IMG/VR virus record: IMGVR_UViG_3300026097_000013
Coordinates: 1-64,000 of that record
Direction: 5' to 3' (one strand)
DNA: 64,000 nt
From: a virus
Under the pieces are notes generated by a model. The model did no database searches. It was not told the origin of the DNA and saw nothing but the letters and a program-made list of their open reading frames with translations. The position numbers were made by a program, and so were the translations under genes. Below, piece after piece: positions 7,799 through 17,261 of this stretch; the first letter of the stretch is position 1, and every line of letters begins with the position of its first letter.

Positions 7799-8288
7799 AT
7801 GCTTTCTCCAGCTTACGTGCTTTCTTTTGTGCCATGTCCCATTTAAGTTTACTTACACGATCTTTGATGGTAATACCTAGTAGATGATCAAGCTCATGTA
7901 AAAATACTTTAGCACTATAGCCTTCGATCTTTACTACACACTCTTTTAAATTTTCGTCGTACCATTGTGCAAGTATTTCTTTAGGACGTTTTACTTTTAC
8001 AAATGTATTAGGAAAACTTAAACATCCTTCTACGTCATATTGTGTGTCTTTGGTATATTGTAAAATTGTTGGATTAATACAAATAGTAGAGTTTTCTTTT
8101 GAATCTCCAAATACAAATACCTTAGCGTCTAGTCCAATTTGATTAGCTGCTAGACCAATTCCGCCGTGTTGTAGCATTAGATCTACCATTTGCTCTTTTA
8201 GTTCTAGAGGGTCGAAACCAGGATCTTCTAGATTAACATCTTTGACTTCGCGCTCTAAAATTTCATCGGGGTAGTATACTAATTTCAT
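7791..8288 (-). CDS. def: Peptide deformylase
   Basis: All three motifs: GIGLAANQIG, EGCLS, HELDH. Confidence 0.95.
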   Translation of the reverse strand: MKLVYYPDEILEREVKDVNLEDPGFDPLELKEQMVDLMLQHGGIGLAANQIGLDAKVFVFGDSKENSTICINPTILQYTKDTQYDVEGCLSFPNTFVKVKRPKEILAQWYDENLKECVVKIEGYSAKVFLHELDHLLGITIKDRVSKLKWDMAQKKARKLEKAFA

Positions 8289-9037
8289 AAGTTTGATTCC
8301 TTTGCTACATCTTTAACTAATTGAACGTCAGTAGGCAATCGTTTAAATCGCATGGCCCAGTGCTCTGGACTGATAACATGATACACTAAGCCTAGCTGCT
8401 CGTCATTAAATTTACTTAGCATGTCCTTGCCGCTTTTACAATTAAGTATGAGCCACGGAGATACTTTACCATCTTTGATATCCCATACTGCTCTGTTTGT
8501 GCTTACATAATAAAAGTAATGATTCCACGGAGCACTTTTGTCTTCGCTCCATTCTACCATATTTTTAATACTACGTTCTAGTGCAGTATGCACATCTTCT
8601 TTTAATATAACTTCAAGTGCATACTTTTCATACATTTCTTCTCGACACCAGTGATCAAGTTTAACTCCACTGGTTACAACATAGTCAATATATTTCTCAG
8701 GGTATAATGGCTTTACATTACTAATAAAGCTACCAAACTTGACAAAAGCATTGTAGTATGGAGAGTTACAAAACTCTTGGTATGTTTTTTCTTTTTTATT
8801 TCCTGCACTTAATTTGTAAAATCTTTGAAATGCATAAAAACCATGACGTACACGCTTTTCATCTTTTTGCAATGCTCTGCGTTTCTTCTCACACATATGC
8901 GCTGCAAGAGTCTTTTCTCTTACATAGCCGCTGCCGCAGTATTCACATACATATGGTTTAGAGTTTGACTTCAATGCCGTGTTCTTCTGCAAGTTGTTTG
9001 AGTTCTTTTTTTGTAGATATTCTAGCAAGTAGCTCAA
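8285..9037 (-). CDS. C2H2-type zinc-finger hypothetical protein (true start probably TTG at 8974)
   Basis: YVCEYCGSGYVREKTLAAHMC; the upstream part of the ORF overlaps the previous gene. Confidence 0.65.
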   Translation of the reverse strand: MSYLLEYLQKKNSNNLQKNTALKSNSKPYVCEYCGSGYVREKTLAAHMCEKKRRALQKDEKRVRHGFYAFQRFYKLSAGNKKEKTYQEFCNSPYYNAFVKFGSFISNVKPLYPEKYIDYVVTSGVKLDHWCREEMYEKYALEVILKEDVHTALERSIKNMVEWSEDKSAPWNHYFYYVSTNRAVWDIKDGKVSPWLILNCKSGKDMLSKFNDEQLGLVYHVISPEHWAMRFKRLPTDVQLVKDVAKESNL

Positions 9038-9437
9038 CCTCGTCTTCTTTCATATTAGGATATAATTGTTCTAAGAATTTAATAGCTTTATTATTGTCGC
9101 TGGTTTTCTTTTTAAAACCAATCCAAGGATGAAATTCTTTTTTACCTGTGTCACCACATTGACATAATATAAGCCATTGTAGTTTTGCTTCTTTGTTACC
9201 AAGTACAGCCCAATTCTTATTATAATACTCGTTAGTTTTAAACACAGCAAGTTCTTGTTTTTCTCTACTGCCTTTAACGCTACTCATATACCTATTGAGA
9301 TTCCACAGGTCGCCTTTGATTTCTTTTTGGCCTTCTTCTCCGGCAACATCCCATAACTCTCGCATGCCTCCGTCTAGAGCAGGAATCATTTCTTTGAATA
9401 AATCAATATGTTTGTTTGGCATTCCATGTCTCCACAT
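8958..9437 (-). CDS. Putative clamp-loader small subunit (T4 gp62-like); likely start 9422
   Basis: LWNLNRYMS...KLQWLIL...KKEFHPWI..KK...KFLEQLYP resembles the gp62 pattern; replication context. Confidence 0.45.
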   Translation of the reverse strand: MWRHGMPNKHIDLFKEMIPALDGGMRELWDVAGEEGQKEIKGDLWNLNRYMSSVKGSREKQELAVFKTNEYYNKNWAVLGNKEAKLQWLILCQCGDTGKKEFHPWIGFKKKTSDNNKAIKFLEQLYPNMKEDEVELLARISTKKELKQLAEEHGIEVKL

Positions 9438-10089
9438 CTTCTGGAGTATTAATCTCTACTCCATTAAAGTATACATTCTTACAGCCGATTTGCCAACCGT
9501 TTTTGAGCCAGCGCAGTTGTTCGAGCTTTTCAATGTTTTCTTCAGGATACTTTCTCAGATGCGGGTATGCCTTTATTGCTTCTTTAGTATAACCATATAC
9601 ACCTAAGTGCCATTCACCATATCCTGTAATTCCTCTGCCGAACCATAGAGCAGTATCTTTGCTGTCCTTGATCATCTTCACACTATTAGGATCGTCTTGC
9701 ATTTCCTTAGGCATGTCTGTGTAGACTGTGCTAACATCAAACGAGTTAAGCAACAGAACTGTATTCAGTAACATTTCAGTTGTAACATCAGGCATGTCTC
9801 CTTGTACATTTATGAATTGATCAAACTCTTCGAACTTGCGACTTAGTACAGCGCCTGCACATCTTGCAGTGCCATTTTCGTAATCAGTTTTGTCAACATA
9901 ACAATATTGTGCAGGAATCAAATCAGCAATACGTTTATCGTCAGTTAGCACAAACGTCTTGAAGCCTGCATTCCAGCAAGCATTGAACACACGTTGTATC
10001 ATTGTAGTGTCACCTAACTTGCACAAAGGCTTGCCAGGAAAGCGTGTGCTGCCGTATCTAGCGGGTATAAGAATAGCGGTGGATGTCAT
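9403..10089 (-). CDS. kdsB: 3-deoxy-manno-octulosonate cytidylyltransferase (CMP-Kdo synthetase)
   Basis: IPARYGSTRFPGKPL, NGTAR, INVQGD, HLGVYGY, LEQLRWL, INTPED. Confidence 0.92.
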   Translation of the reverse strand: MTSTAILIPARYGSTRFPGKPLCKLGDTTMIQRVFNACWNAGFKTFVLTDDKRIADLIPAQYCYVDKTDYENGTARCAGAVLSRKFEEFDQFINVQGDMPDVTTEMLLNTVLLLNSFDVSTVYTDMPKEMQDDPNSVKMIKDSKDTALWFGRGITGYGEWHLGVYGYTKEAIKAYPHLRKYPEENIEKLEQLRWLKNGWQIGCKNVYFNGVEINTPEDVETWNAKQTY

Positions 10090-10831
10090 CGACTACCTCC
10101 TCAAAATCTTCTAAGCACAGCATGTTAGGACCATCACTAGGTGCGTTGTCTGGATCGGCGTGTACTTCTAAGAAGAAATTAGTAACACCCAAAGCGGCGG
10201 CACTACGAGCCATGCCAGGAACGTAAGCGCGATTCCCGCCGCTACTACTTCCATTGCCGCCTGGCTTTTGTACGCTGTGGGTAGCATCAAACACCAGAGG
10301 ACAGTCAAAGTTATCAAGCATATACTGCATACCAGTATAGTCCACGACCAAAGTATTATAACCAAAGCTAGTTCCCCTTTCAGTGATCCAGACTTCTCGA
10401 GCGTCTGCACACTTACTTAGCACTCCTGTCATGTCCCACGGTGCAAGGAATTGGCCTTTTTTAATATTAACAATCTTGTCTGTAGCACATGCTGCTTGAA
10501 TTAGATCAGTTTGACGACAAAGGAATGCAGGTATTTGATACACATCTACTGCATCTCTAAACTCTCGCTCAATTCGATTAACTTGTACATAGTCATGCAC
10601 ATCTGTTAGTGTCTTTACACCTAGTGTAACTTTAAGTGCAAGAAAGTCTGTAAGCGTTGCGTCCATACCCATGCCACGTTTGCCAGTAGCACTTGTACGA
10701 TTTGCTTTGTCGTAACTTGCTTTAAAGTAATATTCAATACCATACTTGTCGCATACACGTTTGCACTCACGTGCAATCTCAGCACTCTGAGCTAGTGATT
10801 CATGCTGACAAGGTCCTGCTATAATTCTCAT
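10058..10831 (-). CDS. kdsA: Kdo-8-phosphate synthase
   Basis: AGPCQ, KASYDKANRTS, QIPAFLCRQTDL, KKGQF, ERG, DATHSVQ. Confidence 0.95.
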   Translation of the reverse strand: MRIIAGPCQHESLAQSAEIARECKRVCDKYGIEYYFKASYDKANRTSATGKRGMGMDATLTDFLALKVTLGVKTLTDVHDYVQVNRIEREFRDAVDVYQIPAFLCRQTDLIQAACATDKIVNIKKGQFLAPWDMTGVLSKCADAREVWITERGTSFGYNTLVVDYTGMQYMLDNFDCPLVFDATHSVQKPGGNGSSSGGNRAYVPGMARSAAALGVTNFFLEVHADPDNAPSDGPNMLCLEDFEEVVDDIHRYSYTR

Positions 10832-11085
10832 TTTTCGTCCTTTACTATGTAGTACATTGTTACTAATTGGTCTAACATTTTTTCTAGCGTAGGATGTTCT
10901 TTAGCCAGTCTGCATAAGTCTTGCCAGTCAGCGTAATGCAACATATCACCGTTTGCTTGTGCAACTGATGCTGGGTCTCCGCCTATGATCCAACGTTCAA
11001 TCTCAGGCTTATCACGATAGCGAGCGTATACAACACCGTTGCTACGCTCGTATATCAGTGGCTCATTTGGCTTTAGATTTCCCAA
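10828..11085 (-). CDS. Hypothetical protein
   Basis: 85-aa ORF, TTG start with GGA SD, overlaps both neighbours. Confidence 0.65.
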   Translation of the reverse strand: MGNLKPNEPLIYERSNGVVYARYRDKPEIERWIIGGDPASVAQANGDMLHYADWQDLCRLAKEHPTLEKMLDQLVTMYYIVKDEK

Positions 11086-11431
11086 CTTGTGTTCCGCTAG
11101 TACGTCTTACAATATCATCATGATTAAATTCTGCCCAATACAATTCAAAAGCAACTCCGTCTTCTAGTCCTTCAAACTGATGTATCTTACCCGGCTTGAC
11201 CTGTGTAAAGTCGCCTGCATTTAGGATAGTTTCATCAACTAAGCCTTGATCATCTTGCCATACACGTACAAGCATTTGTCCTGACTCTACATAGAAGCCA
11301 TTCCATTTAAACCGATGTTCGTGTTCACTACACTTGTATCCTTTGTTAAACTCAATACGATGAAACTCGAGTACACCGTTTGCGTGAATGAGCTCTGTGG
11401 CCCCCCATACCTTACCTGCTTTAATTCCCAT
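11063..11431 (-). CDS. Cupin-domain protein (sugar isomerase-like)
   Basis: KVWG, SEHEH...FYVESG, GKIHQF. Confidence 0.75.
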   Translation of the reverse strand: MGIKAGKVWGATELIHANGVLEFHRIEFNKGYKCSEHEHRFKWNGFYVESGQMLVRVWQDDQGLVDETILNAGDFTQVKPGKIHQFEGLEDGVAFELYWAEFNHDDIVRRTSGTQVGKSKAK

Positions 11432-11441
11432 TTGTTTTCCT

Positions 11442-11948
11442 TTATATTAAACTTGCATATTCTATTACTTCACTCTGTCGACTAATTTCTTTTACAAAAA
11501 ATGCACATAATGGCTTGTCGCCTTCTGTAATTGGAACACTTAGTAATTGTCCGTTCTTCATTTTAGGAAAGTACCATTTTACATCTGTATAGAAATTAAC
11601 AATATTAATATCGCCAAAGTCTGGTTTAAAACTAGTTAACGGATTAAATAAAAATGCTTCAAATCCCCTATCGTTTAAACTTGTTAATGGTAAAATTTCT
11701 AAATCATTACCGCTTTCTGAACACCCTACTGCTAAACTCCAATCAACAGGCATTGTAATTTCTTTGCCATTGATTTCTAAAACCATAGCAGGTGCGCTAA
11801 ATGATTCGAGAAATATTAGCGGCATAAAAAAGAAATCAGGATTTTTAGGGTCGCTGTTATCTAATACACTAAATCGTATATCGTCGTCTATTTGTTCTGG
11901 TAAGTTGTCTAGCTGAAAGCATTTATTTTCTAATGTTAATATTCTCAT
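11442..11948 (-). CDS. Hypothetical protein
   Basis: 168-aa ORF in the operon directly downstream of uvsW. Confidence 0.7.
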   Translation of the reverse strand: MRILTLENKCFQLDNLPEQIDDDIRFSVLDNSDPKNPDFFFMPLIFLESFSAPAMVLEINGKEITMPVDWSLAVGCSESGNDLEILPLTSLNDRGFEAFLFNPLTSFKPDFGDINIVNFYTDVKWYFPKMKNGQLLSVPITEGDKPLCAFFVKEISRQSEVIEYASLI

Positions 11949-11951
11949 GTA

Positions 11952-13415
11952 TTAATTCCAATCCACTTTTTCTATTGTAAATGGATACTGCGCCTCTTTG
12001 TAAAACTTTTTACGATGAGTAAGGTGCCGCTTCGCAAACTTACATGTCGATGTAAGGTCCCATATTTGAACGAAGTCTTTGTCTTTTGCCTTTCGAACGC
12101 CTCTACCAATTGACTGGATAACTCTTACAAAACTCTTACCAGGTTCAAGCAACACAAGATTAAAAATACGTGGAATGTTTAGTCCAACAGCCGCAACACC
12201 GTATGTAGCAATAATTACTTCATTAGTGCCTTCACGGATTGTGTCATACGTTTCTTTTCTGTCTTTGTTCTTTACAGCGCCGCTTACAAATGTGCTGCCT
12301 GGAATAAGTTCTGCTAGTGCTTCACCTGCACTAATTCTATCTACTAGTATAAGTGTGTTGCCTGATTCTTTTACTGTGTTTAATAATTTGCCTAAGTATT
12401 CTAATCTTGCCTGATTTGTAACAAGATATTTTAATTCTTCTTGATATCCTGAATGTGATACCGTGTCTATTAGCTGTACAATATTAACGTGACATTGTGC
12501 TAATACACCTTTGTCCTGTAGTTCCTTAGCACTAATCTGACCGATGACAGGACCTAAGCTAGCGTGAATACTTTCAAATTCAAACTTCTCTTTAGGCACT
12601 GTGCCAGTTAGACCCCATCGGATCGGAGCGTTACGTAGGTTGCGTGTGAGCAGGTTCTTTAGAACTTCTGCTTTAGCTTGGTGTACTTCGTCGACAATAA
12701 TAGTGCTTACACCTTCTAAGAACTCTGCGAGACTTAGTACTGCACTGCCGTCTTTGAACTTCTTGTCTAGAATGTTCAAACTCTGCCATGTACAGATAGT
12801 ATGAGTCTTACCTAGTTGCTTTCTATCGCCGAAGTACACCCCTACGTCGAGACCGCAGTTAATATAGTCCTCTTCTGTTTGTTCTACTAAGCTCTTGTTA
12901 GGAACAATTACAAGACTTCTACCATACGGCTCACTTATGTGTGACAGCGTTGCTGTGGTAATAGTTTTACCTGCGCCAGTAGCAATCTGTTGCAAGCTCT
13001 GTGGATTCTTAATAAAGTTGTTGATTGCTTCTACTTGATAGTCACGCAGAATGATATCTTCGCCTTCTGCTGGATGTCCTGCCGGCCACACAACACCTTG
13101 ATCCTTCCAGTAATTCTCTGTTACTTCTGGAAAGTTGAATTGTACCGGATGACGTCTGTCATCAATGTCGACTATCTGTACCTTGTTTTTAGTGAGTACT
13201 TCTACAATAGTATCAAGGTGATTGACGTAGCCAGTGCCACCGATGCCAAAGAATGCAACCTTGCCGTCCCAACGTCCTAGTTTATACTGAGGCATATATT
13301 TTGCATAAGGCACTTCAAATTTAAGAGCATTTGCCAGTTTGCGGCGTACATCTACATCAAGACCTTCGATCTTAATGTTAACTTCGTCTTCGATAATTAG
13401 TTTACAACTAGCCAT
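11952..13415 (-). CDS. uvsW: SF2 DNA helicase, UvsW-like
   Basis: LRDYQ, ATGAGKT, VDEVH, GLTGT, QSIGRGVR. Confidence 0.9.
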   Translation of the reverse strand: MASCKLIIEDEVNIKIEGLDVDVRRKLANALKFEVPYAKYMPQYKLGRWDGKVAFFGIGGTGYVNHLDTIVEVLTKNKVQIVDIDDRRHPVQFNFPEVTENYWKDQGVVWPAGHPAEGEDIILRDYQVEAINNFIKNPQSLQQIATGAGKTITTATLSHISEPYGRSLVIVPNKSLVEQTEEDYINCGLDVGVYFGDRKQLGKTHTICTWQSLNILDKKFKDGSAVLSLAEFLEGVSTIIVDEVHQAKAEVLKNLLTRNLRNAPIRWGLTGTVPKEKFEFESIHASLGPVIGQISAKELQDKGVLAQCHVNIVQLIDTVSHSGYQEELKYLVTNQARLEYLGKLLNTVKESGNTLILVDRISAGEALAELIPGSTFVSGAVKNKDRKETYDTIREGTNEVIIATYGVAAVGLNIPRIFNLVLLEPGKSFVRVIQSIGRGVRKAKDKDFVQIWDLTSTCKFAKRHLTHRKKFYKEAQYPFTIEKVDWN

Positions 13416-14619
13416 AGTATTGTGAATATCTCCGCATTGGGCTTAACTCTTCTTCTCTATAAACGACTAAATCACATCTTGTACCAATATATGAATTAAG
13501 ACTTCTATCAATTCTGCTGTTAAAAGAAAACGCAGTAATAGGAGACCAGTCAGTTTTTAATAAAACTTTTGGAAGCTTATTTTTACTAGTATATACTATC
13601 TTTGTATATTTGTCAACCCAGTTATTAAGTTTTCGATCCTTAATTAGTTGATTAAACCCTGACATTGAATTTTCTGTTCTAAACAAGACACTTTGACATT
13701 CGGACGGCATTATGTCTCTATAGTATGTTACAAACTTGTGTAGTTGTTCTTCGCAGTTGTGTTCGTCAAGTATAACTATCATTGGAAATCTATCAAGATT
13801 CCAAAGACTATTCAGTGTATCGTCTAACGAATATCTACTCGGCTTAGCTAGAAAATCGATATTAGTTCTATATGCAATTTTCTCTGTTAAATTGTTAGGT
13901 TCTCTAGTATCAAATACGTTAAATCCGTATCGATGCTTTCTGTCGATAAATTTTATAAGATTATCTTGATCAACTTCCCCTAGCTCACTTTTAATTACTT
14001 CACTGAGACTAGTGTTAATATTAATAAGTTTGTTATCTTTTATTCCGCTAAGATAATCATATCTGTTTTCTTGAATAGACTTTGCCTTAGAATATACTTC
14101 TTTAATTTCTTCATCAATAATAAATTCTTTATTTACAAATCTATCAAGCAACTTTACAATATTAGATTCAGTAAATGAAAAATAATGACTATGAGATCCT
14201 TTTTTATGAAAATAGTTTTCAGAAGATGCAATTTCGTTTATAAGCACAATGTCTGATTTCTTAAAAGGAAACCTAATCTTAATAAATTTTCCTTTGTCAT
14301 TTGATTCATAAACTATATCATTTGGGTAATCTACTATCTTAATATACTTACTACGATCAATATGACGCAGGGGCTGACGTAGAGTATCGACTGCTCTGTC
14401 AAAGTCGTAATCTAATGCTGTAAACTGATTACGATATGTTTGCAACTTTTCTTTCATAAGTGCGTACTGTCTATCAGTTAGTGCAGTACCCTTAAACACT
14501 TGTCTAGCAATACTATGCATAATGTTTGCATCGCTAGAGTTAATCTGCATTTTAGATTGTCCTTGCAGTCCTGCAAGAATTTCAAGAAGATCTTCAACGG
14601 TATTAGCTACATTTTTCAT
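13408..14619 (-). CDS. Hypothetical protein
   Basis: 403-aa ORF with its own sigma70 promoter; overlaps the uvsW start. Confidence 0.75.
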   Translation of the reverse strand: MKNVANTVEDLLEILAGLQGQSKMQINSSDANIMHSIARQVFKGTALTDRQYALMKEKLQTYRNQFTALDYDFDRAVDTLRQPLRHIDRSKYIKIVDYPNDIVYESNDKGKFIKIRFPFKKSDIVLINEIASSENYFHKKGSHSHYFSFTESNIVKLLDRFVNKEFIIDEEIKEVYSKAKSIQENRYDYLSGIKDNKLININTSLSEVIKSELGEVDQDNLIKFIDRKHRYGFNVFDTREPNNLTEKIAYRTNIDFLAKPSRYSLDDTLNSLWNLDRFPMIVILDEHNCEEQLHKFVTYYRDIMPSECQSVLFRTENSMSGFNQLIKDRKLNNWVDKYTKIVYTSKNKLPKVLLKTDWSPITAFSFNSRIDRSLNSYIGTRCDLVVYREEELSPMRRYSQYYG

Positions 14620-14654
14620 ACACTTAGTATAGCTTAGATAAGCTTAGATGTCAA
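14620..14654 (-). promoter_or_regulatory. Sigma70-type promoter, leaderless geometry
   Basis: TTGACA-17 bp-TATACT-6 nt-ATG. Confidence 0.82.
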
Positions 14655-15506
14655 TCGTTTTAGTGGAATGCCTTGTGCTATTTCGTCTAGGGTATATTCA
14701 GTGTATGCGTAGTTGTTGAGCCATTCTGTTCTGTCTGGCATTAGAGGATTTTCTATCTGAGATAAGTCTGTATTAGCTACAGGATAAGCAAGACTGCTAG
14801 GACCAACAAAAGAGGGAACACCGTCAATAATACTATGTATCCCAGGATTGCTGCTCCAGCTAATAGTAGCATGTATATCATTAAAGCCCATATCAAAATC
14901 ATCATAACTGCTATCTATCTTTACTGGTTCATGTCTGTATACGTATTTAAGACCGCGCTCTATGTGAGGAAGTCTACATCGTGGATGCGGACGGAATATG
15001 ATAGGACGGTCTGTGTGCTTGCGTAGTTCGTCGTATGTATTCAAAAACCAGTTGCTCATTCGTGGCATATTCTGCCATTGTAGACTTTTATCATGCTGTC
15101 CGCATATTAGAATATACTCGCCTTTTGTACGCCACGGCTTTACTTTAAGTTTAAGTAAATCACTACGGCTGTTATCGTGCCCCATATTAGGACCAAAGTA
15201 AGCATCTCTATTAATGCCATTTACGCCCACCTTCCAAGTTGTTCCTCTTTTGATTCCGCCAACTTCGAGTACAATAACTGGTTTTCCTCGAACACGGCAA
15301 TTATCCCACACACTACGATTGTTAGCCATTCTACCGTGAAATAAAACACTCCAAATAACATGAACATCGGCATCATCAATACTATCACTATCGATAATAC
15401 TACCGCCATTGTTAGTAATACTATTGCCAAAGGCGTCAAAAACAGGATTCGAATTAAGCGCACCGTATTCTCTCCATAACTTAAATCGTTTGCCAGTAAG
15501 GTTCAT
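14634..15506 (-). CDS. Putative GT-B glycosyltransferase (capsule-synthesis-like), paralog 1
   Basis: ICGQ...RPIIFRPHP...WSSNPGIHSIIDGVPSF. Confidence 0.6.
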   Translation of the reverse strand: MNLTGKRFKLWREYGALNSNPVFDAFGNSITNNGGSIIDSDSIDDADVHVIWSVLFHGRMANNRSVWDNCRVRGKPVIVLEVGGIKRGTTWKVGVNGINRDAYFGPNMGHDNSRSDLLKLKVKPWRTKGEYILICGQHDKSLQWQNMPRMSNWFLNTYDELRKHTDRPIIFRPHPRCRLPHIERGLKYVYRHEPVKIDSSYDDFDMGFNDIHATISWSSNPGIHSIIDGVPSFVGPSSLAYPVANTDLSQIENPLMPDRTEWLNNYAYTEYTLDEIAQGIPLKRLTSKLI

Positions 15507-16332
15507 TTCTATGTCCCATTAGGTCTTTTCGTTTACTACTACCATCAAACTTGCGGCCACCTTTCATGTGATCCATCCAACGGCCTAATTTTGAATTAAT
15601 TAGTGGGTGGCCGCCGCCGCCTGTTTTAGCAGTTTTAAGATAAATCTCAGCACTATAATCTAATACATTAGGATGTCGAAACTTTAAATCATTTAATATT
15701 TTACCAAATACAAACGAGTCATGCCATTCTTCTAGTGTAAAGATTCCGTTGTCAGCATCTTCATACATACGTTCAAATTCTTTAAGAAAGTCTTGACATA
15801 CTCCGTCTTTTAGATTCATACCATAGAATCCGCACTCTGGCCATGTTTGTGATCCTTTGCCACGTCCGACATATGTAACCCAACTAGTGTCTGGAAGTAA
15901 CTCAGCAAAGTCTTCATATGTCCAATCGCTATGAATAAAGCTGTCGGCATCCATCCATACACACCAGTCTTTTGATCTTTCTACAGCATCAAATACAGCA
16001 TAGACTTTGTTAGCAAATCTCACTGCGTCCCATTTAAATTCTTTGTGCCAGTCTCGTGGTCTACGTGCTTTAATATCATCAGGCGGAATACCATTTGCTT
16101 TTGGATCATCTTTCCAGCGTTGCTTAAATGCTACAAGTTTAGGTAATGTTTTTACAGCATCTAAAACTTCAATGCGACTAGGATCTGGATTTTCTGGTTT
16201 ACATTCTTCCGCATATACTATCAATTTGATACGTTTGTCAACATGTTTAGCAAAGCTATCTAAAAAATTCTTTCCGTAAACATTGTAATGTTTGTTATGA
16301 AAGGTTGTTACTACCGTTATATGTTTATTCAT
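15481..16332 (-). CDS. Putative GT-A glycosyltransferase
   Basis: VVTTF, DAVRFANKVYA, WMDADS, WHDSFVF, HMKG; start moved to MNKH. Confidence 0.65.
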   Translation of the reverse strand: MNKHITVVTTFHNKHYNVYGKNFLDSFAKHVDKRIKLIVYAEECKPENPDPSRIEVLDAVKTLPKLVAFKQRWKDDPKANGIPPDDIKARRPRDWHKEFKWDAVRFANKVYAVFDAVERSKDWCVWMDADSFIHSDWTYEDFAELLPDTSWVTYVGRGKGSQTWPECGFYGMNLKDGVCQDFLKEFERMYEDADNGIFTLEEWHDSFVFGKILNDLKFRHPNVLDYSAEIYLKTAKTGGGGHPLINSKLGRWMDHMKGGRKFDGSSKRKDLMGHRNEPYWQTI

Positions 16333-17261
16333 TTGTAAGCCCATTTCCTTAAATGCTTCCAAGCAGATCCGTCTTTGAGTTCATCTAAACTCCAATGCAT
16401 CTGTGCCATTTTGTGTATCCAACTTTCTCTGTCAAATTGCTGAGGATTTTCTAAATTTTTAAGATCAGTATTTGCTACATCTTTAGCTTGACTCCTATCA
16501 GCATCGAGAACAAAGATAGGTATGCCTTCTATAGCTGCAACAACTGCTGGACTGCTATTATAATTAACTACAGCATGTGCTGATTTTAAATCTCTAAATA
16601 GTGTGTCTGAATTACTAATTACAACGCCTTTTAATCTATACCTAGCAAGTGCTCTTTTGTGCATTAACTGATTTTTATCGCCTGGATGAAATCTTACTAA
16701 TATAGGTTTATCAGTATGTTTTTTTATCTGCTGTATAGTTTTTATAAGCCACGGTAGCAACGGCTGTCCATCCATGCTCCAGCCGCCGTCTCTCTGGCAA
16801 CATACTAAAATATGTTTTCCTTGTTTTCTATCAGACTTTAGTTCTATGCCAATTCGTTTACTAATTAATTCCCAACGTGCAGGATCAGCATATTGATTAC
16901 AATATTCTCCAGTTGTTGGAAATATACCATCATAACTATATCTCAAAAACTTTTGCGAGTTGCCGTGATCGTAAGATAAAAACAGATTACTATCTACAAT
17001 AATACTACGCTTACCTGTATTTTGTTGATGCTCAAAAACTTGTCTACGTAAGTTTAAATGAGGTGAATTTTTACTTCCAGGATGTACGTACCCTTGTACA
17101 ACTGCAACGTCTGCGTCAACTGGAGTATAGTCTGTTACAATAGTACCTTCGTCGCCAGCACGCCATACTCCTTCGATAAAGTTAGTAATAATTGCAGGCT
17201 TTTCGGGATTAGTATTACCAGGTGGTATTCCCATAAGATATGATGCTACTTTTATTGTCAT
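16329..17261 (-). CDS. Putative GT-B glycosyltransferase, paralog 2
   Basis: VCCQ...KPILVRFHP...YNSSPAVVAAIEGIPIF; start at MTIK with AGGA SD. Confidence 0.6.
   Translation of the reverse strand: MTIKVASYLMGIPPGNTNPEKPAIITNFIEGVWRAGDEGTIVTDYTPVDADVAVVQGYVHPGSKNSPHLNLRRQVFEHQQNTGKRSIIVDSNLFLSYDHGNSQKFLRYSYDGIFPTTGEYCNQYADPARWELISKRIGIELKSDRKQGKHILVCCQRDGGWSMDGQPLLPWLIKTIQQIKKHTDKPILVRFHPGDKNQLMHKRALARYRLKGVVISNSDTLFRDLKSAHAVVNYNSSPAVVAAIEGIPIFVLDADRSQAKDVANTDLKNLENPQQFDRESWIHKMAQMHWSLDELKDGSAWKHLRKWAYK

Noticed and set aside
14620-14648. Tandem CTAAG/AGCTTAGAT repeats
   Set aside because: They fall in the promoter spacer and the overlapping gene end (KRLTSKLI), are too short, and are explained by the overlap.
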